64,000 bases of DNA from an uncultured Bacteroidales bacterium (GCA_963751705.1 CAVVVN010000001.1:493329-557328), one strand, 5' to 3'. Positions 53,857 to 63,574 are shown, counted from the first letter of the stretch. Translations and numbers: made by a program. Notes: a model not told the origin generated them from the letters alone.

Positions 53857-55812
53857 TTAGCGGATTACCGTCCGGCCTCCCAGGCCGATCGAAAGTTCCC
53901 GTCTTACCTTTTCAAGACTTTGGATTCTTACGATGATCTGGTTAAGAGTTTCCAGATCCTTTTTCTTTTCGCTTTCCCCCAGCTCTTTACGCAATTGAGA
54001 CAGGGCTTTTTCAACAACCATCATTTTGTAGGAGAGAAGGGTTTTTGGAATCTCAAAACCCAGGTTTTCTCCGGGCAGTTCCACATAGGCCTCTTTGCGT
54101 TTCCAGACTTTACTTAGTTCATATCGCGAGGTAAAAATATCCACCGCCAATTCCCGCACCCCGGGGTGATCGTGGTAAACGAAATAGCGCTCTGCCACCT
54201 CCTCCCCTCGTTCAATCAGATCTTTTACATTTTCAAATATCTGATTGTAAACCAGATTATTAAACTCCAATTCATCATTTTGAATTTCTCTGATAATATA
54301 CTGGGCTACGCTAATCTCAGAATGCTCCTCTCCGCTTATATGAAGTTTCTGGTTGCCAAACTTGAGCAAGAAATAGATAATCTCACGTTCTTCAACTTCA
54401 GAATAAATATTCTCCACGAAGCCAGGAACAACGGGTTGTTTTGGCAAGGTGCTAAGGCCCGGATCACCGGGCTGTCGTCGACCTGTTTGTTCCCTGCGCC
54501 ACTGTTGTTCCTGTTTTCGAAGACGGATCTTATTGACTTCGTTATAGAGAACCTGTTCCTCTACCCCCAGAAGCTGGCCGCTCTCTTTCAGAAAAACGCT
54601 CCGCATGATCCCATCGGGAATGACGGATACGGATCTGACAATATCGGTGATCAGCTGGGCTCGCCTGATAGGATCGTGCCGGGTATCAGCCAGCAGAAGC
54701 TCGGTCTTAAAGGAGATAAAATCTTTCTCACTGGATTGAATATATTCCAGAAACTCGGATGAACTGTGAGACCGGGCATACGAATCCGGATCCTCTCCCG
54801 CCGGGAGCATTACCACCTTCACATTCATCCCCTCTTCCAGAATCATATCTATGCCCCTGAAAGAAGCCTTGATTCCGGCTTCATCCCCATCATAAAGGAT
54901 GGTGATATTCTGTGTAAATCGTTTGATTAAACGGATCTGGTCTGTGGTTAGGGCTGTTCCGGAAGAAGCCACCACGTTTTCAATCCCGGCCTGATGCAGG
55001 GAAATTACGTCCGTATAACCTTCCACCAGGAAACATCTGTCCCCTGAGACTATGGATTTTTTTGCCTGAAACAAGCCATAGAGCACCCGGCTCTTGTGAT
55101 AGATATCAGATTCGGGGGAGTTCAGGTATTTAGCGATATTCTTATCAGATTTTAAGGTTCTGCCCCCAAAGCCGATAACATTACCTGAAAGAGAGTGAAT
55201 AGGAAAGATTACCCTGCCTGCAAAACGGTCAAAGAGATAATTTTCCCTTTCAATGGAGAGTCCGGTTTTTACCAGGTAACTTTGCTTATATCCGTTTTTT
55301 CCGGCTTCCTCACTAAATGCGTTTCGTTTTTCCGGACTGTAACCAAGTTCAAATTTTTTCAGAATATCATCACGAAAACCCCGCTTTCTGAAATAAGCCA
55401 GACCTATGGAACGCCCTTCGTCACTTTCCAGTTGAGCAGAGAAGTAGGAAGCAGCAAAGGCTGTGACTGTCATCAGACTCTCTCTTTCATTCTTTTGCTG
55501 GATTTCCTCTGCGCTTAGCTCTCTTTCCTCTACGGCAATATTGTAACGCTGGGCAAGGTACCTGAGGGCCTCCGGATAGGAGAGTTTCTCATGCTCCATC
55601 AGGAAACCTACCACATTGCCTCCCTTTCCCGAACTAAAATCTTTAAAAATCCCTTTTGCCGGGGAGACAATAAAAGAAGGTGTTTTTTCATTGGAGAAGG
55701 GGCTGAGCCCCTTGTAGTTGGCTCCGCTTTTTTTCAGAGTCACAAAATCAGAGATTACCTCCACAATATCGGCGGTATTGAATATTTGATTTATGGTTTG
55801 CTGGTCAATCAT
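53857..55812 (-). CDS. dnaG: DNA primase
   Basis: MIDQQTINQIF...DIVEVISDFVTLKK start at ATG 55812 (ORF-track start 55848 is a TTG). NEKTPSF motif; RNAP domain; Toprim EGYTDVISL and LYDGDEAG. Confidence 0.93.
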   Translation of the reverse strand: MIDQQTINQIFNTADIVEVISDFVTLKKSGANYKGLSPFSNEKTPSFIVSPAKGIFKDFSSGKGGNVVGFLMEHEKLSYPEALRYLAQRYNIAVEERELSAEEIQQKNERESLMTVTAFAASYFSAQLESDEGRSIGLAYFRKRGFRDDILKKFELGYSPEKRNAFSEEAGKNGYKQSYLVKTGLSIERENYLFDRFAGRVIFPIHSLSGNVIGFGGRTLKSDKNIAKYLNSPESDIYHKSRVLYGLFQAKKSIVSGDRCFLVEGYTDVISLHQAGIENVVASSGTALTTDQIRLIKRFTQNITILYDGDEAGIKASFRGIDMILEEGMNVKVVMLPAGEDPDSYARSHSSSEFLEYIQSSEKDFISFKTELLLADTRHDPIRRAQLITDIVRSVSVIPDGIMRSVFLKESGQLLGVEEQVLYNEVNKIRLRKQEQQWRREQTGRRQPGDPGLSTLPKQPVVPGFVENIYSEVEEREIIYFLLKFGNQKLHISGEEHSEISVAQYIIREIQNDELEFNNLVYNQIFENVKDLIERGEEVAERYFVYHDHPGVRELAVDIFTSRYELSKVWKRKEAYVELPGENLGFEIPKTLLSYKMMVVEKALSQLRKELGESEKKKDLETLNQIIVRIQSLEKVRRELSIGLGGRTVIR

Positions 55813-55892
55813 CCTGTCTAAATGTAAAGAAACTAATTGTTCAGCCAAAATCTTATATTTACGTGAAAGGAATAATTTTATCAGAAGGGAAA

Positions 55893-56303
55893 ATGAAGTT
55901 TGGAACGGTGATTAATTGCACGGATGGGCGGGTTCAGTACCCGGTTCTGGACTATCTGAAAAAAAATTTTGACATTGATTTTTTTGATTCCGCGAATGAG
56001 GCGGGCCCTCTGAGAACCCTGACTAAAAAAAGTGATAAATGCCGCTTGATTACCTTAAAAGAGCAAATCCGGGCATCGCTGGAAGATCATGAGTCAAAAT
56101 TTATCGCCCTGGTGGGCCATCATGACTGTACTGATAATCCTGGTGACAGGGCGTTTCAGGAGGATCAACTGGACCAGTCTCTGGATTACCTGCAACGGGC
56201 CTTTGGAACCGGGATCACCTATCTGGGGCTCTATGTAAATGAGCGGTGGGAGGTGGAAGAATATACCAGACTTGAAGCAGAAGAGCAATATAAACCGGGA
56301 TAA
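55893..56303 (+). CDS. hypothetical protein with beta-carbonic-anhydrase-like CxDxR...HxxC motif
   Basis: VINCTDGRV and ALVGHHDCTDNPG. ATG 55893 is preferred over GTG 55863. It ends 2 nt before the Sir2 gene. Confidence 0.4.
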   Translation: MKFGTVINCTDGRVQYPVLDYLKKNFDIDFFDSANEAGPLRTLTKKSDKCRLITLKEQIRASLEDHESKFIALVGHHDCTDNPGDRAFQEDQLDQSLDYLQRAFGTGITYLGLYVNERWEVEEYTRLEAEEQYKPG

Positions 56304-56305
56304 TC

Positions 56306-56992
56306 ATGAAAAAGCTGGTGGCGCTGACCGGTGCCGGGATGAGTGCAGAGAGTGGACTGAGGACCTTTCGGGAAATGGGAGGCCTGTGGGAGGAGCATAA
56401 TGTATACGAAGTGGCCAGTCCGGGCGGATGGGCCAGCGACAAGTCGATGGTTCTGCGCTTCTATAACGAGCGAAGGAAACAATTGCTTGAAACCTCTCCC
56501 AACAAGGGTCACCATGGGCTGGTGGAGCTGGAGAAAGATTTTGAGGTTTTTATTGTTACACAGAATGTGGATGACCTGCATGAGAGAGCTGGATCGAGCA
56601 ACATCCTGCATCTCCATGGCGAACTGAGAAAGTCACGCAGTACCGTGGACCCTGGGCTGGTATATGATATTGAGGGATGGAAACTTGAAGAAGGAGATCT
56701 ATGTGAAAAGGGGTCTCAACTGCGCCCCCACGTGGTCTGGTTCGGAGAGGCCGTAACTGCTCTTGAGGAGGCGGTTGAAGTGGTCTCTTCAGCGGATGTT
56801 TTTGTTATCATTGGAACATCCATGAATGTATACCCGGCAGCGGGATTGATCAATTATGTTCCTCCCGGGGCGCCTGTCTATGTGATTGATCCCAATGAAG
56901 TGGCCATCACGGGTCACCCCAGATTAAAAATTATCGCCTCAGGCGCCGGTGAAGGGGTTCAATTGCTGATTAAGGAACTCAGGAATGACTAG
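56306..56992 (+). CDS. cobB: NAD-dependent protein deacylase (Sir2 family, short form)
   Basis: GAGMSAESGLRTFR, TQNVDDLHERAG, catalytic LHLHGEL and LRPHVVWFGE. Confidence 0.88.
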   Translation: MKKLVALTGAGMSAESGLRTFREMGGLWEEHNVYEVASPGGWASDKSMVLRFYNERRKQLLETSPNKGHHGLVELEKDFEVFIVTQNVDDLHERAGSSNILHLHGELRKSRSTVDPGLVYDIEGWKLEEGDLCEKGSQLRPHVVWFGEAVTALEEAVEVVSSADVFVIIGTSMNVYPAAGLINYVPPGAPVYVIDPNEVAITGHPRLKIIASGAGEGVQLLIKELRND

Positions 56993-57605
56993 GATCAGGT
57001 ACAGGAGTGTTTTCGTATTTTTCTGGGTAATTTTTGCTCTGACAGATACTGCTGGACAACATTTAAATGTTGGACTGTATGGAGGTGTAACAGCCTCACA
57101 GGTGGACGGTGACTCTTACACGGGATTCAACAAGCTGGGACTTTGTGGCGGATTCTTTATGAACCGGCCTATGGATTACAACATCTCCTGGCAGCTTGAA
57201 ATAAAATATGGATCACGGGGCGTTTATAAAGGGCCTGCCGATAATGATCTGACACTTTACCGGAGTGTTTACCATATTGTGGAGCTACCCTTATCGGTTC
57301 ATTACCTTTTCGAGGATAAAATATTGCTGGAGATAGGGACTTCGCCAGAAGTGCTTGTGGCCACCAGGTTCTCGGATGAGAACGGATTGATGGATCCTTC
57401 CACCTACCCTGAAAACAGGAGATTTGGCTTAAGTGTTTTTGCAGGCATAGGATACTGGTTCAATGGAAAGATCATGGCCGGGCTCCGGTATACAAACTCG
57501 GCGATTCCCTTCCGCGATCCGGAAGAATGGAACCATCCTCTATACAGGGGGTATTTTCACAATGTTATTTCCCTCACCCTGGCTTACAGCCTGGTTCATC
57601 AGTAA
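56985..57605 (+). CDS. outer-membrane beta-barrel protein (PorT/OmpA-beta-barrel-like)
   Basis: Signal-like FVFFWVIFALTDTAGQ and alternating aromatic strands, but the C-terminus (ISLTLAYSLVHQ) is not aromatic. Confidence 0.6.
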   Translation: MTRIRYRSVFVFFWVIFALTDTAGQHLNVGLYGGVTASQVDGDSYTGFNKLGLCGGFFMNRPMDYNISWQLEIKYGSRGVYKGPADNDLTLYRSVYHIVELPLSVHYLFEDKILLEIGTSPEVLVATRFSDENGLMDPSTYPENRRFGLSVFAGIGYWFNGKIMAGLRYTNSAIPFRDPEEWNHPLYRGYFHNVISLTLAYSLVHQ

Positions 57606-57606
57606 T

Positions 57607-58290
57607 CTAGGCGCAGGCCACGGTTGCTATGTAAATTCTGCAGTTGAATTGGCTCAAAAGTGCCTGGCAACAGGCTTCCAGAGTTGCTCCGGTAGTCAGC
57701 ACATCATCGATAAGTAAAATCTTCTTATCTTCCAGGTTCCCGCTAGAGTCGGAAAGCGCAAAAACTCCGGACATATTCTCAAATCGCTCCTGGCGGGTCA
57801 TGGTGGTCTGTGAACTGCGGTAATCTTTTCGCTTAATCAGCCTGGCAGCCAGGGGAATCCCTGTTATTTCAGAAACTCCCAGGGCAATGATCTCACTCTG
57901 GTTATACCCCCGCTGTTTTAGTTTTCTCCTGTGAAGAGGTACCGGGATCATCAGTTCACATTCCGAATAAGGAGTGTTCAAAAGAGCCTGTCCAAGCAAA
58001 CGACCCAGGTAGAGTCCGGCCCTCCTGTGCCCTTTGTATTTTAACTCGTGAAGCAAAGACTGGTAAGCAGAGCCCTTTTCAAACCGGAACAGGGAAGTTG
58101 CAGAAACCACAGGAACCCTTCCCCAGAATATCTGACTGACCGGGTTAGAATCCTCCTTTTGGAAATTGGTTCTTGGCAGGTTCGTTTCGCAGACAAAACA
58201 AAGAGCCTGCAGGCGGGAGGGTAGTCTTTTTCCACAGACCAGGCAGTTGGACGGAAAGAAAAGAAGCAGCAAATCTTTAATCCAGAGCAT
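57607..58290 (-). CDS. ComF-family protein (phosphoribosyltransferase domain with N-terminal Cys4 motif)
   Basis: CLVCGK...CFVCE zinc-ribbon-like motif and PRT motif ILLIDDVLTTGATL. Confidence 0.85.
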   Translation of the reverse strand: MLWIKDLLLLFFPSNCLVCGKRLPSRLQALCFVCETNLPRTNFQKEDSNPVSQIFWGRVPVVSATSLFRFEKGSAYQSLLHELKYKGHRRAGLYLGRLLGQALLNTPYSECELMIPVPLHRRKLKQRGYNQSEIIALGVSEITGIPLAARLIKRKDYRSSQTTMTRQERFENMSGVFALSDSSGNLEDKKILLIDDVLTTGATLEACCQALLSQFNCRIYIATVACA

Positions 58291-58319
58291 CCTCTTTTTA
58301 GGATTGATGGATGGTTTTG

Positions 58320-59342
58320 CTATTTATCAGCCAGTTTTTTTGTGGAAAGTAAGCCGCAGGCGGCCCAAATGTCCTGTCCCCGGCTGGCCCTTATGGTGGT
58401 GGTTATACCCTTGGCAGTAAGCTTTTCCTTGAATAAGTTAATGGTCTCTTCATCTGGCGATTCAAGTGGGGTGTCGGGGATGGGGTGGAAGCGGATCAAA
58501 TTGATCCGACAACGGATCCCATGAAGGATCCTTGAGAGTTCGTTCACGTGTGCCGCCGAATCGTTAAAGTCTTTAAAAAGAATATATTCGAAGGAGATCC
58601 TTCGTTGCCGGCCAAAGTCCCAGGATCTAATCTCTTTTAAGACCTCTTTCAGGGGATAGACCTGCTGAACAGGCATCAGTTTACGACGCTCCTCATCGAA
58701 GGGAGTGTGCAGGCTTACCGCCAGGTGCGCATTGCTCCTGTCAAGAAACTGAAGCATAGCCGGGGTGATCCCTATGGTAGAGACCGTTATTCTTCGGGGG
58801 CTCAGGGCAAATCCCCAGTCCGATGTAAGCACCTCCAGACTTTTTAGTACCTCCTCCAGGTTGTCCAGGGGCTCACCCATCCCCATATAGACAATATTGG
58901 AGATCTCTCTCCATTCCGGGATACTCCGAAATTGATTTAGAATTTCTCCTGAACTCAGATTTCCCTGGAACCCCTGTTTACCCGTCATACAGAAGAGACA
59001 ACCCATCTTGCAGCCCACCTGCGAGGATATGCACAAGGTGCTTCGTTTAATTTCCGGGATATAGGCCGTTTCAATAAACTTACCCCCGGCCGCCTGAAAG
59101 AGGTATTTCTTGGTTCCATCCACCGACTCCTGTACCTCCACCGGAGGACGGATCCCTGTCTCATAGTTATCCTCGAGCAGTGCTCGTGCTTTTTTCGAAA
59201 GATTAGTCATCTCCTGTATGGAAGCGACCTCTTTCTTATACAGCCATTCAGCCAGTTGTGTACCGGTGAAAGAGGGAAGCCCATGGGTCTGACTTAGTGC
59301 TTTCAGCTCTTCCAGGGTCTTACCGAACAGAATTTCGCGCAT
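58320..59342 (-). CDS. rlmN: 23S rRNA/tRNA (adenine-C2)-methyltransferase RlmN
   Basis: Radical SAM motif SSQVGCKMGCLFC, plus GMGEPL and the C-terminal Cys in DIWAACGLL. Confidence 0.94.
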   Translation of the reverse strand: MREILFGKTLEELKALSQTHGLPSFTGTQLAEWLYKKEVASIQEMTNLSKKARALLEDNYETGIRPPVEVQESVDGTKKYLFQAAGGKFIETAYIPEIKRSTLCISSQVGCKMGCLFCMTGKQGFQGNLSSGEILNQFRSIPEWREISNIVYMGMGEPLDNLEEVLKSLEVLTSDWGFALSPRRITVSTIGITPAMLQFLDRSNAHLAVSLHTPFDEERRKLMPVQQVYPLKEVLKEIRSWDFGRQRRISFEYILFKDFNDSAAHVNELSRILHGIRCRINLIRFHPIPDTPLESPDEETINLFKEKLTAKGITTTIRASRGQDIWAACGLLSTKKLADK

Positions 59343-59345
59343 GTA

Positions 59346-60011
59346 TCAGAAATATATTTCCGAGATGATATGATGAAAAGGGATCCCCTTGCTGATGAGC
59401 AGGTCCCGGGTTTCAACTACCATATCAGCACTCCCGCAAAGGTAATAATTTAGTTCCGGATCCAGGTCCTGCTGTTCTTCCAGGTAGCTCGTTACCCTTC
59501 CGGAATAAACCTCCGGATCTTTTTCTGCGCTGCAGCACCGGATGTAGTTTTTGCCCAGGACTTCCTGGAACTCGTCGTAAAAATGAAACTGTTCCAGATA
59601 GCGGCTGCCATGTATCAGTGTTTTATTTTTTCCCAGCCCCGAGCAAAACATCGCGTAGTAGGGGGCAATTCCGGTGCCGGTGGCAATCCAGACCGCAGGT
59701 TCCTCTGTTCCGGTAAACTCTCCTCCCGGGGGAGTGATCCAGATGCTGTCCCCGGCCACTAAATCTGAAAGCTGGGGGGTCAGATAACCCTCGTCTACTA
59801 CTTGGTAAAGAATCCGGATATCATCTTCCTTCTCCCCGCTGCAGATGCTGTAGAGACGCCGGGCATCATTTTCCCGGAGGGTAATTCCAATCACCTGTCC
59901 GGCTATAAAATCAAAGGGGCGTTTAAAACTGATCAGGAAAAGGCCTTCGGAAAGTTCTTCAGAGGAGAGGATGGAGACCCGGGTTAACTCTTGTTTATTG
60001 TTGCTTAACAT
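59346..60011 (-). CDS. ferredoxin/flavodoxin--NADP reductase-like FAD-binding oxidoreductase
   Basis: RLYSICS (RxYS FAD motif), GTGIAPY NAD(P) motif and C-terminal YLCGSADMV. Confidence 0.8.
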   Translation of the reverse strand: MLSNNKQELTRVSILSSEELSEGLFLISFKRPFDFIAGQVIGITLRENDARRLYSICSGEKEDDIRILYQVVDEGYLTPQLSDLVAGDSIWITPPGGEFTGTEEPAVWIATGTGIAPYYAMFCSGLGKNKTLIHGSRYLEQFHFYDEFQEVLGKNYIRCCSAEKDPEVYSGRVTSYLEEQQDLDPELNYYLCGSADMVVETRDLLISKGIPFHHIISEIYF

Positions 60012-60012
60012 A

Positions 60013-60621
60013 TTAAAGGGGTTTTTTTCCTACAAACCGGACGACAGAAGCTTCTCCCTGGTGAAAGGGCCCCTCGTTGAGTTTTCGGACCATTTTTTCG
60101 AGGATAAGGGTTTCAAATGCAACAAAATCGTCAGAGAGGATCTCTTCATCAACAAGCATTTCAAGAGATCTGGGACCTCCCGTATCCCTGCCCAGTTGGT
60201 CCTTATGGAAAGCTTCCAGGACCAGCGTTCCTCCCGGTTTCAAGGATTCGAAAATACGCTGATGAAGATACTTCCTCGCGGGGTGTTCCAAATGGAAAAA
60301 GATAAGCCCGGCAAGATCATAAAATTCAGATTTAAAGGAATAATCCTCCAGCTGACAGACCTGGTAGTTTATGCGAACTTTCTTTTCAGAGGCCAGATCC
60401 ACGGCTTTTTCATATCCGGGAAAACTTTGATCAAAGGCCTCCACTTCCCATCCTTTTTCGGCTGCATAAACGGCGTTTCTACCCTCCCCCTCACCCGGAA
60501 GAAGCAGAAATCCCGGGGTTAATCTGTTCATCTGAGTTGAAAAAAAGGCATTGGGCTCTTTGCCGTATACATAATTTTGGTCACTATATCTTTTATCCCA
60601 GAGGTCTTTCATTTTATACAA
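60013..60621 (-). CDS. class I SAM-dependent methyltransferase
   Basis: Motif I-like LLLPGEGEGRNAVYAAEKGWEVEAFDQS and post-I/II pattern. Alternative start at 60612. Confidence 0.72.
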   Translation of the reverse strand: MYKMKDLWDKRYSDQNYVYGKEPNAFFSTQMNRLTPGFLLLPGEGEGRNAVYAAEKGWEVEAFDQSFPGYEKAVDLASEKKVRINYQVCQLEDYSFKSEFYDLAGLIFFHLEHPARKYLHQRIFESLKPGGTLVLEAFHKDQLGRDTGGPRSLEMLVDEEILSDDFVAFETLILEKMVRKLNEGPFHQGEASVVRFVGKKPL

Positions 60622-60714
60622 TTTAGACGAACATAGTGATAACCAACTTAGGGGAAAAATGTTGATTTAAATTTTTTTTACTTTCTTGTGTGCGCTAAAC
60701 ACAAAAGAATTCAC

Positions 60715-62208
60715 ATGAAAAGAATGTATTTATTGGTGATTGGAGTGCTGGTTTCTGCCCAATTATTAATGGCAGGCGGACTGGTAACCAATACCAACCA
60801 GAGCGCTGCATGGGTGCGTATTCTATCCAGGAACGCCACCCTGGGAGTTGATGCAGTTTACTTCAACCCCGCAGGACTTTCCCAATTGAAAAACGGACTG
60901 CATCTTTCAATATCCAACCAGACCATTTTTCAAACCAGAAACATCTCCAGTGATTATACCTATTTGTCCGGGGACCCCGCTACTTATGAGGCTGATTTGA
61001 TGGCCCCTGTCTTCCCCAGTATATATGCAGCCTTTAAAATGGATAAATGGACCTTTTCCGGAGGCTTTAATATCATTGGCGGCGGAGGTAGTGCCGATTT
61101 TCCAACTGGACTTCCTTCTTTCGAGATCCCAGTTGCCTCCCTGGTACCCTTGTTACAGGGCTCCTTAGGACCATTAGATCAGGGCATTCTCGCAGCCTCA
61201 GGAACAGATCCAGGATTTAGGAATATAACCGGATATAATTTAGACGCCTCCTTTCTCGGAACCTCCACCTATATGAGCTACCAGCTGGGAGCTACCTATG
61301 CCGTGAATAATATGATTTCGGTCTTTCTCGGTGCCCGAATGGTGACGGCCAAGAACAGCTATGAAGGTTCTCTGAGCGGAATTACCATTGATGCCCCTGC
61401 GGCCTATGGAGGGACCCAGACAGCGGGAGATTATCTGAGGTTTGTGGCCCAGAGCTACGATTTCATGAGCGGTGGAGCAGATCCGATTACCGTGGGCACC
61501 CTGAACGGAACAGCAGCCGGCCTGGATATTGCTACGGCCGATGCGAACCTGAATGCCATCCAGACGGGAACAGGATTTACGCCGATCATCGGGGTAAACG
61601 TGCATATTTCCGACATGCTGAATATTGCTGCCAAGTATGAGCATCATACCAAGATCGAACTTACCAATGAAACCGAGGTGGACGATGTAGATATGTTTCC
61701 TGATGGAGAGAAGGTGAGAGCGGACCTTCCCGGTATGTTAGCCCTGGGTGTGGAAGTGAAGCCGATAAAGAAACTTACTGCCAGTTTAAGTTTTAACTAC
61801 TTCCTGGATAAATCAGCCTTTTACGGGGACACAGACGAAGGCGGGGAGCAGATAAACAATGATCTGACCATCGATCAGAATGGCTACGTTTTCTCTGGCG
61901 GACTGGAGTATAAGCTGCTGAGTATTCTTGGCGTAAGCGCCGGATATTCCACCGGGAACAATGGAGTGAACGCCAACTACCAGTCAGATCTCAGTTATGC
62001 ACTGAAGAGTCAGACTATTGGCGGGGGACTATTTGTAGATTTAGGAGAAAGGATCATTGTCAATGCGGGTGTCAGCTTAACCATGTATGATGATTACAGC
62101 AAGTCACAGTCCTATCAACCTTCCGGATTTCCTTCCGCTATTCCATTTACCGATACTTATGGAAAAAACACTTTGATTGTGGCCCTTGGGGTGGATATCA
62201 GTCTGTAA
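60715..62208 (+). CDS. outer-membrane transport protein (FadL/TodX/OMPP1-like)
   Basis: ATG 60715 gives the signal MKRMYLLVIGVLVSAQLLMAGG. N-terminal hatch-like NQSAAWVRILSRNATLGVDAVYFNPAGL and long barrel-type strands. Confidence 0.6.
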   Translation: MKRMYLLVIGVLVSAQLLMAGGLVTNTNQSAAWVRILSRNATLGVDAVYFNPAGLSQLKNGLHLSISNQTIFQTRNISSDYTYLSGDPATYEADLMAPVFPSIYAAFKMDKWTFSGGFNIIGGGGSADFPTGLPSFEIPVASLVPLLQGSLGPLDQGILAASGTDPGFRNITGYNLDASFLGTSTYMSYQLGATYAVNNMISVFLGARMVTAKNSYEGSLSGITIDAPAAYGGTQTAGDYLRFVAQSYDFMSGGADPITVGTLNGTAAGLDIATADANLNAIQTGTGFTPIIGVNVHISDMLNIAAKYEHHTKIELTNETEVDDVDMFPDGEKVRADLPGMLALGVEVKPIKKLTASLSFNYFLDKSAFYGDTDEGGEQINNDLTIDQNGYVFSGGLEYKLLSILGVSAGYSTGNNGVNANYQSDLSYALKSQTIGGGLFVDLGERIIVNAGVSLTMYDDYSKSQSYQPSGFPSAIPFTDTYGKNTLIVALGVDISL

Positions 62209-62227
62209 TAAATTTATAACGAATCCT

Positions 62228-62265
62228 AAAAAAACCGTCCTCCCGAGAGGGGTGGCGGTTTTTTT
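62228..62265. terminator. bidirectional rho-independent terminator between convergent genes
   Basis: AAAAAAA-CCGTCCTCCC-GAGA-GGGGTGGCGG-TTTTTTT. The 10-bp stem has 7 G-C pairs, 2 G-U wobbles and 1 mismatch, flanked by a 7-nt A run and a 7-nt T run. Confidence 0.7.
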
Positions 62266-63496
62266 ATGTATCACCTTCCAGGCGGCTGATCACTACAGCT
62301 CCAACACTATCCGAAAATACGTTGACCGTGGTACGGAACATGTCCAGGATCCGGTCTACAGCCAGGATCATGGCCACTCCCTCCAGCGGGAGCCCCACGG
62401 CATTGAGAATGATACTTAGCATGACCAGTCCGCTCATGGGGATGCTGGCCGCACCAATGGAGGCCAGAACGGCGGTGAGAACGACAATACCCTGTTGTGC
62501 CAGTCCCAGGTCAAATCCGTAGGCCTGGGCAATAAAAATGGCAGCCACACATTCATAAAGAGCTGTTCCATCCATATTGATGGTGGCCCCGATGGGTAGT
62601 ACAAATCCAGCCGCTTTTTCTGAAGCCCCCGAAGTTTCAGTGACCGCTTTCATGGTCAGAGGAAGGGTAACAATGGTGGAACAGGTTGAGAAGGCAGTCA
62701 TCAATGCCGAGAGCATGCCCCGGTAATGTTTGACCGGGCGGACCTTCCCTATGTATTTCAGGATCAGCGGGAGGGTGACAAAGAAATGAATAGCCAGGCC
62801 AGCCATGACTACCAGGAAAAATTTTCCCAGAGAGGCGAAAGCCTCAAACCCGGTTCTGGCAACTATGCCGGCAATAATACCGAATACTCCAATGGGGGCA
62901 GTCCAGATCACAAAGGAGGTCAACTTCATCATGGTTTCAAATGCGGCCTTAAAAAACCCACCCAGAAGAGTTTTTTGGTCCGTTTTCAGCCGGGTTACAA
63001 AAAACCCAAAAAGGAGGGAAAAGAAAATGACCGGGAGCACATCACCATTGGCCATGGCAGCAAAGGGATTTTCCGGGATCAGCTCAAGCAACATTTCTCC
63101 CAGGCCCTGGTCAACCACCCCAATCTCTTCAGGCTGTTCCATCAGTCCAATATTGCCCCCTCTTCCAGGTTGAAAAACATTCACTAGCAGCTGTCCTGTC
63201 AAAATAGCCAGAACACTTGTAGTAATGTAATAAATAAACGTGCGTAAACTGATCAATCCTAATCCTTTACTACTACCAACCTGAATCACCGCACTAACAA
63301 TGGAAGTAATTACCAGGGGCAGGATGGCCATTTTGAGTAGTCGAAGAAAAAGCTCTTTCATGGGTTCGGCCACCGGAAGAATAGGCTCACCAATCAGCCA
63401 TCCAAACAGGATTCCCAGGAAAAAGCCTGCGAAAATCAGATAGGTAAGAGTGTGTTTTCCGTGACGCATAATTTCAATTACGGGAAAATACCGCAC
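62264..63496 (-). CDS. dicarboxylate/amino acid:cation symporter (DAACS family)
   Basis: SIGAASIPMSGLVM, ATINMDGTALYE and DRILDMFRTTVNVFSD motifs. Alternative start at 63466. Confidence 0.9.
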   Translation of the reverse strand: MRYFPVIEIMRHGKHTLTYLIFAGFFLGILFGWLIGEPILPVAEPMKELFLRLLKMAILPLVITSIVSAVIQVGSSKGLGLISLRTFIYYITTSVLAILTGQLLVNVFQPGRGGNIGLMEQPEEIGVVDQGLGEMLLELIPENPFAAMANGDVLPVIFFSLLFGFFVTRLKTDQKTLLGGFFKAAFETMMKLTSFVIWTAPIGVFGIIAGIVARTGFEAFASLGKFFLVVMAGLAIHFFVTLPLILKYIGKVRPVKHYRGMLSALMTAFSTCSTIVTLPLTMKAVTETSGASEKAAGFVLPIGATINMDGTALYECVAAIFIAQAYGFDLGLAQQGIVVLTAVLASIGAASIPMSGLVMLSIILNAVGLPLEGVAMILAVDRILDMFRTTVNVFSDSVGAVVISRLEGDT

Positions 63497-63574
63497 AATT
63501 AAAAGCGCTTACTTTTCAACAACCCTTCGATAATCGTGACATAAGCTCTATTTTTGGAAGACAATGTGTTACGA

